In this document: positions 1 to 9,200 of the stretch, one piece after another
How the letters are laid out: every line of letters starts with the position of its first letter
Position numbering within the stretch: the stretch's first letter is position 1
Source of the DNA: Leptospirales bacterium
Lineage (GTDB): Bacteria; Spirochaetota; Leptospiria; Turneriellales; JAOUFE01
Direction: 5' to 3'
Assembly (NCBI GenBank): GCA_040326155.1
Contig: JBEQLE010000025.1
Location: forward strand, 1 to 46,649
Length of the DNA stretch: 46,649 bases
The notes under the pieces: model-generated
The model's input: only the letters and a program-made list of their open reading frames with translations
Databases searched by the model: none
Told to the model about the DNA's origin: nothing
Translations under genes and position numbers: made by a program

Positions 1-522
1 ATCTTTTTCTATTTCCGCAATTATCTCTTGGATGATTTGAATAGCATCCACTAGCAGGGCAGGTTTGTGTATTATAAAAACAGCATTTTTCATGTGCTGG
101 GTAAAGGGTGATTCATCCCCGTTTAGGTCTTTTAAAAATGGAAAAACTTTGATTTGCACATGAGAGAGCATCTCTTCTGGCGGCATGTCTTTGAATATGC
201 TCCAGCGTAGGGTTTCCCTTTTAATCCTATAAGGTTTTTCTTTTGCTGCTTTTTCTTTTAGCGCCACACTTTTAGCTTTCTTTTCATCTAACTTGAAAAC
301 ATGCTCTGGTGGCGTCCAATACCCCTCAAATTTAGAGCTGTATGATTTTTCTGCAAGTTTAGCGTCGCCCTTATTCTTTAGATCCAGATCATCCAGACGC
401 TTCATAAAAAGTAGATACGTGATCTGTTCAATCGCCGTCAGGGGGTTGGATATTCCACCGCTCCAGAATTTATTCCAAAGCTGATTGATTTTATTTTTTA
501 AGGCAGAATTACTTTGTAACAT
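1..522 (-). CDS. hsdM: Type I restriction-modification methyltransferase subunit, N-terminal part (runs off the window edge)
   Basis: Not in the ORF track. Manual translation from the ATG at 522 is open to base 1: MLQSNSALKNKINQLWNKFWSGGISNPLTAIEQITYLLFMKRLDD...LRWSIFKDM...VFPFLK...MKNAVFII, the typical HsdM_N domain. Confidence 0.9.
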   Translation of the reverse strand, partial: MLQSNSALKNKINQLWNKFWSGGISNPLTAIEQITYLLFMKRLDDLDLKNKGDAKLAEKSYSSKFEGYWTPPEHVFKLDEKKAKSVALKEKAAKEKPYRIKRETLRWSIFKDMPPEEMLSHVQIKVFPFLKDLNGDESPFTQHMKNAVFIIHKPALLVDAIQIIQEIIAEIEKD

Positions 523-549
523 CTATTGTGTTTGTCCTTTTTGTCCGCA

Positions 550-573
550 GTGGAGACGGCCGTGCGTCTCCAC
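550..573. repeat. REP-like palindrome next to the RAYT remnant
   Basis: GTGGAGACG-GCCGTG-CGTCTCCAC, perfect 9-bp arms. Resembles GTAGAGACG-type REPs that flank RAYT genes. Confidence 0.7.
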
Positions 574-580
574 GAAACCT

Positions 581-828
581 CTATGCGGCATTGTTTTCAT
601 CACTGTCCCAATTTAGGGGATTGTTGATAATATATTTTCGAATTCAATTTAATTCGTCATCATCACGAATGACCCGGTCATGAAATCGTGACTGCCATAC
701 AGGTTGGCCGGGGGTGTTCCGTAAAATATTAATTTGTTTCGTTGCCGATGATTTGAAACCGGCAATGAATGATCCCAGCCTTTTAATCTGGCTGATTCTA
801 TGCGATATTTGTTTTTAAATAATGTCAT
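581..828 (-). pseudogene. REP-associated tyrosine transposase (RAYT, IS200-like) remnant
   Basis: N-terminus MTLFKNKYRIESARLKGWD is joined out of frame to the C-terminus IAGFKSSATKQINILRNTPGQPVWQSRFHDRVIRDDDELN*IRKYIINNPLNWDSDENN. The central HUH region is missing and there is an in-frame TGA. Confidence 0.85.
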
Positions 829-829
829 T

Positions 830-1208
830 TTAACTGGCCAACCTCTCGGTAATTTCCACAATTTCATTGATTTCGCGCGCAGTAAACAATCCCCGTATGC
901 CATCGGGGTGCAATAATTTAAAGGGCGATTCGATCAAATCACTTTTGGTAACGACCTCTTTTTGTAAAAGCACATCTTTTAATAGATTTAAAAAATCAAG
1001 CTGGCGTATAGACATTTTTAAGCAACTCTTCTCTGATATGAGGGTGTTCGGTATGTAACAGCTCGGCAAGTTCTTTGACTCTATCATGTAAATCAACTTC
1101 AATATCAAACTCTTGAGAAACCCGGGTGAGATTATTAACATCCCAACCAGCCTCTAAAAGTTGCTTATCGATAATTTCTCGTCGTGTTTGTGCTTCGGTT
1201 TTACTCAT
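830..1208 (-). pseudogene. hsdR: Type I restriction subunit remnant with large internal deletions
   Basis: N-terminus MSKTEAQTRREIIDKQLLEAGWDV is fused to C-terminal-type segments (LAELLHTEHPHIREELLKNVY; other frame RQLDFLNLLKD...ESPFKLLHPDGIRGLF). No nuclease or helicase motifs remain. Lies upstream of hsdM. Confidence 0.75.
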
Positions 1209-1509
1209 CGTAGTTTTTGGTTTTCAGTTAAGTTTCTTACCACAGCGCCTGAATTTGATCGGGTAAAGACATAAGTCAATTAATAATGAATAATCGGATG
1301 GTCAACTCTTTGCCAGCTACGGATGGCGGCGGTTAAATCCGTTCCGTGCTGTCCTTCATGTATGTCAATTAGAGATATACGGGGAAAGGAAATCCTCGAT
1401 TACCTGGATAATGTTAATAAAAAGCATACGGTAAATGGGTATTCATATGTTGATGAAAAATACAGGGTGCAAAAGAATTTTTCGATAGAAAGAATGGTAT
1501 TATTGAAAA

Positions 1510-1983
1510 CTAGTTCCAAGTATACCCGAAACCAATCAATCCGACATCTCCTGAATCACCATCACCGTAGCTTAAGCTCATAGATGCTCTATTATTAAAA
1601 TTAATATGTACTGCTGGAAAACTAAAAGCAGGGGCAAATCCACTGTTTCGTGTTTTTCGTTTAATACTGGTGTCGACCAATGACCAATATTGCACTCCTA
1701 TGTTAATCGATAATGTTATAATATCATTTATTCTATAACCTAGGTGATATTGTAGATGTGTATTCCAAGACCGATAATATTTTTTTGTACTAGTCTCTTG
1801 AAATGGAGATGCCCAACCATAGTCGCTTACCAGATTTTCTAATCTTTTGTTCGGCATATGATTCCATGTCAAAACAATTGAATGTATCCATTTCTCATTT
1901 GAATATGGCAGTTTATATTTTACATCAAGTAAATATTCCAAAAATCCCAGTTCGTAAAAAGTAAAATTCCCGTTAACTTCCAA
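1510..1983 (-). CDS. Hypothetical outer-membrane beta-barrel-like protein; 5' end probably frameshifted (true start possibly 2116)
   Basis: Alternating aromatic/hydrophobic strands and a C-terminal GFGYTWN beta-signal-like end. The frame is open up to about 2112. Confidence 0.5.
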   Translation of the reverse strand: MEVNGNFTFYELGFLEYLLDVKYKLPYSNEKWIHSIVLTWNHMPNKRLENLVSDYGWASPFQETSTKKYYRSWNTHLQYHLGYRINDIITLSINIGVQYWSLVDTSIKRKTRNSGFAPAFSFPAVHINFNNRASMSLSYGDGDSGDVGLIGFGYTWN

Positions 1984-2115
1984 TGAATCGAATAGGCCAA
2001 ACTTTATTCCCGGTTTGATAAAAAAATGTTTACTGGTTTCCCAATGGTCCGGCCAGATAACGGTTATAACCGGAAAGAGAAATTTATGAGAAAGAAAGTG
2101 ACTATTATTTATTCA

Positions 2116-3525
2116 TTATTTCAGGTTGCCAGAGCTATCAAATTTACTGACAAAAAAGTCCTGGGTGCCGGTCATTGAGTTTCCATCTAAACCTCGATCG
2201 GTATTACCAGAAATGAATATATTGTCACCGCTATCAATTGCAATGGCACGGCCATAAGGACGGCCCCCTGGCGCACCAAATTGTGATGCAAATTTTCTTA
2301 CACCGCTGGCGTCATATTTGAGCAAAAACGAGTCAGTGAGACCTGTAAGCGTATTACCGTCGAGCCCGGCATCCGTAGAACCTGTGATATAAACATTACC
2401 CACGCTATCTGTCTGAATCGCAAAACCCTGGACATAGGTACCGGCTACTCCGTACATTTTGGTAAAGACCTTGGTTCCCGTACTGTCATACTTAACCAGA
2501 TATGTATCTAATAAACCTGTTGGCGTGACACCATCAAATGTTTTATTCGTATAACCTGTGATATAGATATTGCCACTGGTGTCGACAGCCATTTCGGCAT
2601 TCGTAAATAAGGCACCCGATGCGCCAAAAAGACGGGTAAACAATACGTTGCCGGATGCATCGAACTTAACGACAAAAACATCCCCTAATCCATTCAGCGT
2701 CTCACCGTTAAGATTAGCCGTGGTATAACCGGCAACATAAACATTACCGCTGGCATCAGATGTTATGGATGTCGATGTGACACGGTCATTCAACTCGCCA
2801 AATTTTTTAACAAAACCCAGATTGCCATCGGTATCAAACTTGGCCAGAAACATGTCTTGATTCCCAATGGGGGCGCCTCCGAAAGAGCCTGTCTCGTAGC
2901 CGGTAACATAAATATTATCGCTTGCATCAATCGTGATATCCGTGGGGTAGGTAAGCGCGGATGCTCCGAAGGTAGCGCTGAATATCTTGTTACCGGCGCT
3001 GTCAAATTTGACGAGGAACATACTCCAGGTTCCCAGCCAATTATTGCTGTCAAAACTGCCCGAGGTATAACCTACAACGTAGGCATTGTTGTTACTGTCG
3101 ATTGCAACACCATGCGCATGCGCCGTTCTTCGAGTTACCCCCCACATGGCACCGAGCATCCTGGTAAACTGCTTTGCACCAAGGCTGTCGTACTTGGTAA
3201 TATACATATCGATTAGACCGGTACGTGTTTGACCATCCATGTCTCCATTGGTGAAGCCAACAGCATAAACACTATCTGCACTATCAATGGCAATGTCTTC
3301 TAAATTGGTTTGCGCCGCGGACGCGCCCAACTGAACCGTACTCCATGAACCAACGCCACCTCCTGGATCTGGATCGGTATCGGTCGAACCTGAATCTGTT
3401 TCTTGAGTTACACTGGGATCTACTGTCCCAACACAGGCACTGATTGTGAGCGACATTATCAACGCGAGTAAAAAATGCAACGGTGCATTCGACGAGAGAA
3501 ATGGACGTAGACTTACAACACTCAT
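2116..3525 (-). CDS. SBBP-repeat beta-propeller lipoprotein
   Basis: Lipobox-like LTISAC, Ser/Thr/Asp linker, about 7 repeats of IAxDSxxNxYVxGYTxGxxDG...DxFxxKxDxxG. Confidence 0.85.
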   Translation of the reverse strand: MSVVSLRPFLSSNAPLHFLLALIMSLTISACVGTVDPSVTQETDSGSTDTDPDPGGGVGSWSTVQLGASAAQTNLEDIAIDSADSVYAVGFTNGDMDGQTRTGLIDMYITKYDSLGAKQFTRMLGAMWGVTRRTAHAHGVAIDSNNNAYVVGYTSGSFDSNNWLGTWSMFLVKFDSAGNKIFSATFGASALTYPTDITIDASDNIYVTGYETGSFGGAPIGNQDMFLAKFDTDGNLGFVKKFGELNDRVTSTSITSDASGNVYVAGYTTANLNGETLNGLGDVFVVKFDASGNVLFTRLFGASGALFTNAEMAVDTSGNIYITGYTNKTFDGVTPTGLLDTYLVKYDSTGTKVFTKMYGVAGTYVQGFAIQTDSVGNVYITGSTDAGLDGNTLTGLTDSFLLKYDASGVRKFASQFGAPGGRPYGRAIAIDSGDNIFISGNTDRGLDGNSMTGTQDFFVSKFDSSGNLK

Positions 3526-3584
3526 AGCACCCCTTCAGCAAAACCCTTCGTGTCGATCTTGACCGTTCGGCACTCCCATTTCAT
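3522..3584 (-). pseudogene. Truncated DUF4177-like gene (20 aa)
   Basis: AAGGAG RBS then MKWECRTVKIDTKGFAEGVL*, which resembles the DUF4177 N-terminus (MKWEYKTVKI..KGF.GG). Its TGA overlaps the SBBP ATG (ATGA). Confidence 0.5.
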
Positions 3585-3621
3585 AATGATCTCCTTGAGT
3601 AGAATATCTCAATATTTAGAT

Positions 3622-3649
3622 ATTCTATACAACAATAGCATTGTGTCAA
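3622..3649 (-). promoter_or_regulatory. sigma70-type promoter for the DUF4177 stub/SBBP genes
   Basis: TTGACA-N16-TAGAAT on the minus strand. Confidence 0.55.
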
Positions 3650-3712
3650 GTAATTTGATATACTATTTTATCGGTACTCTTGGCATTTTCGATGTACTGC
3701 GTTCATTGCACA

Positions 3713-3787
3713 GTCACGGTAGGAACGCTAGTTACCCGGCACCCCCCGCACAAATCCCAGCGTGCAGAATTACCGCACTGGACTCCT
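3713..3787 (-). mobile_element. Group II intron 3' remnant (domains V-VI)
   Basis: Minus strand AGGAGTCCAGTGCGGTAATTCTGCACGCTGGGATTTGTGCGGGGGGTGCCGGGTAACTAGCGTTCCTACCGTGAC matches the D5/D6 pattern and ends in AC. No RT gene and no 5' end. Confidence 0.85.
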
Positions 3788-3832
3788 AGTTGTAAGGTTA
3801 GTTGTCGGTAGTTGTTGAAGCAAATGGAGAAA

Positions 3833-4144
3833 TTACATAAACTTAGCAATGATTGCTCTAGGATTTAGACCTTCCTGTACCCCTGTTAAGACTGAAATTA
3901 ATAGTTTAGGGTATCTTTCATTAACATATTCCGTTTCTGTCAAATCATTAGCTTTCAAGAAGTCTTCAATTAAGCGACCACAGGTAACTGAAAGTAATAC
4001 TTCATAGAATAACAATTCTCTTAAGCCTTTTTCTTTCAAGAAAATAAAATCTAAACCCATTAAACCTTCACGCCTGGCAAACTTAGCTATAAAAAGTAAA
4101 ACTTGTCTTGAGAAACCGTTCTCAGCAACAACTCTTTGTAGAAG
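3833..4144 (-). pseudogene. 5'-truncated gene with MotA-like cytoplasmic motifs
   Basis: Frame is open from 4144: ...FARREGLMGLD...LTGVQEGLNPRAIIAKF, compared with MotA-family ARxEGLLALE and GxxxIQxGxNP. No transmembrane helices. Confidence 0.4.
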
Positions 4145-4295
4145 TCATTCTGTTTTTTATATACAAAAGCAAGTTGTTCAAGATTTAGTTTGGCAGAAAG
4201 GTGCATTATCAAAACAAAGGTAAATTGAGATAAATGTATCATATAGCTTTGATGTCAATTATAAAAGATTCTATATCTTGTGATGTGTTTAGTGT

Positions 4296-4535
4296 TTATA
4301 ATTGAATCTTCCCTTCGTCAGTGTTACCTTTTATTTTGCGAAAGTCAATTGCAAATTCTCTACCTTTTGCATAAATTTCTTCTACGGTCATATCTTCAAA
4401 TAGGTTTTGTCTCCATTTTGTATAATCAGATTGCTCCGCATTAATGAGTGAAATAAACCTTTCTGCCTCGATAAAATCCATATGCTTAAATAAAACTTGA
4501 AATCCATCACTTCTAATTTCTGTATCGCTTCTCAT
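4296..4535 (-). CDS. Putative antitoxin partner of the PIN toxin
   Basis: MRSDTEIR..GF..L...EAERFISLI....DYTKWRQNLF, a family usually found downstream of this PIN type. TAATG overlap with the toxin gene. Confidence 0.7.
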   Translation of the reverse strand: MRSDTEIRSDGFQVLFKHMDFIEAERFISLINAEQSDYTKWRQNLFEDMTVEEIYAKGREFAIDFRKIKGNTDEGKIQL

Positions 4536-4972
4536 TATTGACCTCCTGAGAAAATAATAAAATCAACTGGATTAATTATATTAATTTCTTTAATGACCTT
4601 CGCTTTTTTTAATATTCCATCATCGGTGGTAATCAAGTATTCACATTTTGACTCCACAGCGCAAGCTAAATGGAGAGAGTCTTTCTTCTTTATACCTATT
4701 TCCTGAAATTCTTGAGCCAATGCCAATACGTTTTCATTACCAATATTATACTCAACAGCTAAGTTTGCCCATTTATTTATTTCATACTGTCTTGCCTTAT
4801 TTGTATTCTGGGAATTCTCATAATCCATCATAAAAGACCATGCAAGCTGTAATTCCTCACTTTTAATCATTTCCTGTATTGCAAGTTTAGCCTGCGTTTC
4901 TAAGCGAATACGTAACTGTTTCTGATCATCAAAAGGTCGATTAAAGCAGCAGTTATCAAGATAAACTTTCAT
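4535..4972 (-). CDS. PIN-domain (VapC-like) toxin
   Basis: KVYLDNCCFNRPFDD...DSLHLACA...YLITTDD, with the acidic PIN residues present. Confidence 0.9.
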   Translation of the reverse strand: MKVYLDNCCFNRPFDDQKQLRIRLETQAKLAIQEMIKSEELQLAWSFMMDYENSQNTNKARQYEINKWANLAVEYNIGNENVLALAQEFQEIGIKKKDSLHLACAVESKCEYLITTDDGILKKAKVIKEINIINPVDFIIFSGGQ

Positions 4973-5091
4973 AGAATTTGACTATTTCGATTATTCCGTC
5001 GTATTAGAGTGTATGTGACACATGCAATTTCCCACATTATTAGGATATTTAATACATAGGTATCAATATGCAAAGTCAATTTAGGTACACC

Positions 5092-5115
5092 ACGCCCGAC
5101 ACGGATGGCGGGCGT
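5092..5115. repeat. REP-like hairpin abutting the attC remnant
   Basis: ACGCCCG-ACACGGATGG-CGGGCGT. Confidence 0.45.
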
Positions 5116-5165
5116 TCAAGAAGGGGCGTCGCTTTGCGGCGTCTCACTTGCTTGACTTGTTACAT
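5116..5165 (-). mobile_element. Integron attC site missing its R' box
   Basis: Minus strand ATGTAAC (R'')-AAG-TCAAGCAAG...GACGCCGCAAAGCGACGCC...CTTCTTGA, an imperfect inverted repeat of the short-attC type. The terminal GTTRRRY is absent. Confidence 0.65.
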
Positions 5166-5688
5166 CTTTGGTGAAGATGACAATTCCATCACTGTCTTTC
5201 TTTGTATTGAAAAAGTTTTGATGTGGAAATAGTTTGATTTTTAATATGACTGCATAGACAATTAAGCATGCACTGAGACCTACGCCAATCCATACAGCGA
5301 CTGGGTCTGTTTGATATTCCTTGATAGAATCAGTAATCCCTTTGATCAGGAAAAAGCTAAGAACCAAATAGCCAAGAGCTTGTTTTTTGTATAGGATATA
5401 AATAACGGCGATGGGTATTAGTAAAGCAAATGCTAAAATACCTAGTATAGCCTCTGTTGGAAGTTCATTCAGCATTGATGCCGCACCCAGTATGCCGAAA
5501 AGTACCATTACGATATATATGCCGATCAGGATATTGTTTGCTTTATTATACTTCTCAGATTCTTCAACGTCTGGGTACATTGCAAGCAATCTCGATACCT
5601 TTTTGGGATTAAGCCCCTCGTCGGATGCCTTCGCGAATATTTCCTTTTTATCCACTCCTTCTTTTATGAGCCTCTTTACGATCTTCAT
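5116..5688 (-). CDS. Hypothetical membrane protein (about 4 TM), integron-cassette-like
   Basis: Four hydrophobic segments. GTTAAAAC and AAGGAG lie directly upstream, and the ORF reads through the attC. Confidence 0.8.
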   Translation of the reverse strand: MKIVKRLIKEGVDKKEIFAKASDEGLNPKKVSRLLAMYPDVEESEKYNKANNILIGIYIVMVLFGILGAASMLNELPTEAILGILAFALLIPIAVIYILYKKQALGYLVLSFFLIKGITDSIKEYQTDPVAVWIGVGLSACLIVYAVILKIKLFPHQNFFNTKKDSDGIVIFTKDVTSQASETPQSDAPS

Positions 5689-5870
5689 TGATACTCCTTA
5701 TAGTTTTAACATATATTGTCTCAAACCCGTCACCCACGGTTGCTTAGTCTAGATATTCCAATATCCGTATTGCAGTGTCATCCATTTGTCCACGTGATTG
5801 GTTGCATATTTACTTTGACACAACAAAACAGAGCTTATTTTAATGTCAAGAAGTTATCGGAAATTGTTGC

Positions 5871-6095
5871 TACGGCTTTTAGCTGCTTCAGCCACCCCGG
5901 TATAATATTCCATTTGAATATTACATAAAAACTTCAAACATGAAGCCATGTTCACTAGAAAACGTCGGGGTGGCGGAGGCTCTTTAATACGGTCACAGCA
6001 TGCTGTGACCGTATTAAAAGCCGCAGGCAGGGGCAGACTTGCCCCTTAGTCGTCCAAAAAATCCTGCGGTTTTTTGAACATCGCTTCGTTCGATA
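5871..6095. repeat. Nested inverted-repeat element (REP/REPIN- or MITE-like) with a 36-bp perfect palindrome
   Basis: 5885-5899 pairs with 5966-5980 and 5873-5881 pairs with 6015-6023. Perfect palindrome at 5983-6018, followed by hairpins AGGGGCA-GACT-TGCCCCT and CAAAAAA..TTTTTTG. Confidence 0.65.
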
Positions 6096-6277
6096 TTACT
6101 TTAAAGTAATTTGTTTTCAAAAAACGTGGTTTTTAAAAACTCGCTTCGTTGTTCCAAACAGGGACGCAAGCAGGGATTGTTCCCATAAATCGGGAAGATC
6201 ATCGTCTGGAAATTCCGATAATAATTATATAAGAATTTGTATTTTGACCGAATTCCAATTGACGAGGCTTCTAAACT

Positions 6278-9200
6278 ATGCCTGTTGACATTATGTCGTT
6301 TTCGCCCGATGAGGCAAAATTCTCCGAAAAGTTCACCCACCTGCATCTTCATACTGTATATTCTCTTTTAGACGGGGCCATTCGCATTAAAGACCTGATG
6401 AAACATGTGAAAGAGGCGGGGATGGATTCTGTCGCTATTACCGACCACGGTAATATGTTCGGGGCTATTGAATTTTACAAAGCCGCCAAAGCCGAAGGGA
6501 TAAAACCTATTATTGGTTCGGAATTTTATATTTCGCCGGGGTCGATGAGTGAAAAAAAGAACGCCGAAGGGGTCGCCGACGGGAACGCTTATCACATGGT
6601 TTTATTGGCGAAAAACCACGCGGGGTATAAAAACCTGTTAAAACTTTCGTCACGCTCTTACCTCGATGGGTTTTACCGAAAGCCCCGAATCGATTATGAG
6701 CTGCTGGCAAAACACAGCGAAGGGCTTATTGGAACTTCTGCCTGCCTTGCCGGTGAAATTAATCGTAAAATACTACGCAATAAAATGGACGAGGCTACCG
6801 ATCTGGCCATCCACCTGAACAAAATTTTTGGACAGGGAAACTTCTTTCTGGAAATTCAGAATCATGGAATACCCGAACAGGCAATTGCCGCGAAAGGGGC
6901 TGTAGAAATACACAAGAAGACCGGTATACCGCTGGTCTTAACCAATGACTCCCACTTTCTGCGAAAAGAGGACCAGAAAGCGCAGGATATTATGCTTCGA
7001 ATTCAAATGAACAAGAAGCTGGAAGACCCTTTGGCTTTTGGTTTTAACGATGAGTTCTATGTAAAATCCCCCTCTGAGATGGCTGAACTTTTTCCCGAGT
7101 TGCCCGAGGCGTATAATAATACAAATGTAATTGCCGATATGGTAGACCTGGAGCTCACTTTTGGCGTTCCACTTTTTCCCCATTTTGAAACACCCGATAA
7201 ATCGAGCCTGCCGGACTATCTGCATAAACTTGTCTACTCTGGACTTGAAGATTTGTACCCCTCTGGAATTACCGAAAAGTATCGGGAACGAGCCGAGTAT
7301 GAACTGGGCGTTATTGGCAATATGGGTTACGAAGGGTATTTTTTAATTGTTGCTGACTTTATTCAACACGCGAAAAAAGTCGGAATACCGGTAGGGCCGG
7401 GCCGGGGTTCTGCTGCGGGCTCTATTGTCGCCTATGCGCTCGGAATTACAGCCATTGACCCTTTAAAGTATGACCTTCTTTTTGAACGGTTTTTGAACCC
7501 CGCTCGAAACGAGATGCCAGATATTGATATTGACTTTTGCCGCGACCGACGTGAAGAAATTATACAATATGTTATTGATAAATATGGCGAGTCTCATGTT
7601 TCGCAAATTATTACCTTTGGAACGCTGTCGGCGAAAGCCGTAATTAAAGATGTGGCCAGGGTCATGGGTTTTGACTTTACAGAGATGAACACCCTGTCGA
7701 AAAACCTTCCCGACACTCCGGGTATCTCTTTAGAAGACGCCGTCGAAAATTCACCCGAAGCAAAAGCCTTTTTTAAAAAAGGGGAACGAGAACAGACCTT
7801 GTGGAATGTCGCCAAAACTCTCGAAGGTATTCCCCGAAATTCCGGTAAACACGCAGCCGGGGTGGTTATAGCCCCCGAACCCCTCGAAGAAATTATTCCC
7901 GTTGCCAAAGATACAAAAACCGGTTCCGTAATTTCTCAGTTTGAAAAGAATGACCTCGAAACGGTTGGTCTTGTGAAAATGGATTTTCTGGGACTGAAAA
8001 ACCTGACTATTATTCAACGCGCGCTCGATGAAATTGTAGTTCGTAAAGACACAAAAATAGATATTAATAAAATTCCACTCGACGACCCCAGGCCGTACAA
8101 GTTAATTCAGACTGGTAAAACCAAAGGTATATTTCAGCTGGAGAACAGTGGAATGACCCGTCTTTTAATGCGTTCGAAGCCCAGCCAGTTTGAAGACATC
8201 ATTGCCTGTATCGCACTATACCGCCCCGGGCCTCTGGAGTCAGGCATGACCGAAGAGTATGTTTTGCGTAAAAACGGCGAAGCCCCCGTAACCTACCCTC
8301 ATAAAAGTCTGGAACCCATTCTAAAAGATACTTTTGGAACTATGATCTACCAGGAACAGGTGATGCTCATCTCCCAGATTGTCGCCGGGTTTACCATGGC
8401 CGAAGCAGATACCCTGCGTAAAGCCATGGGTAAAAAGAAAATGGACGTTATGGCGCAACTTAAGAAGCAGTTTGTCGATCAGTCCGTCGAACGAGAGCAT
8501 AAAGCGGACTGGGCGGGCAAGCTGTTCGATAACATGGCGGAGTTCGGTAAATACGGTTTTAATAAATCTCACTCGGCGGCCTACGGTCTAATTACCTACC
8601 AGACGGCTTATTTAAAAGCTCTCTACCCGGCCGAATTTATGAAGGCTACTCTCGACTCAGATATTGAAAACACCGAAAAACTAATTGGGTTTATACACGA
8701 AAGTCGCGCCATGGGTATTTCCATTTTGCCACCCGATATTAACCAGTCCAATGAGTATTTTACAATTATCGAAGAGAAACAAATTCGCTACGGTTTGCTG
8801 GGCCTCAAAGGGGTGGGTAGAGCTGCGGTCGAGTCTGTGGTAGAAGCTCGCAAAGATGGACCCTTTAAAGATGTGGTCGATTTTGCCACCAGGGTAGACT
8901 ATAAACAGCTCAACAAAAAACTTCTCGAAGCCCTCATTTTCTCGGGAGCTTTTGACACCCTGGGTTATACCCGCGCCGGCCTTCACTCTTGCATGGAAGA
9001 AATTTTATCTTTCGGGCAGTCCACTCAGAAAGACAAAGAAAACGGGCAGGACAATTTATTCGGAGGCGAAGAGCTGACCGACGGGGCTATTTTCAGCGTC
9101 CCCGACATACCCGAGGGCGACTCTCGTAAAAAACTTTTATTGGAGCGACAGACTCTGGGTCTCTACCTGACCTCTCACCCGCTCGACCAATACAACGAAA

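Noticed and set aside
293..484. + strand ORF and similar short ORFs nested in long genes throughout the window
   Set aside because: Antisense or alternative-frame shadows of well-supported genes (here hsdM)
1323..1583. 86-aa + strand ORF
   Set aside because: No RBS or recognisable motif, overlaps a convergent gene, and begins inside a repeat-like motif
3713..3830. Group IIC-attC intron insertion
   Set aside because: The remnant is co-oriented with the genes and its D5 is not of the short IIC type
6150..6210. c-di-GMP-I riboswitch (CAAAC...GGGACGCAAGC)
   Set aside because: No P2 stem with a GNRA loop between the motifs, and no GGCAAAC
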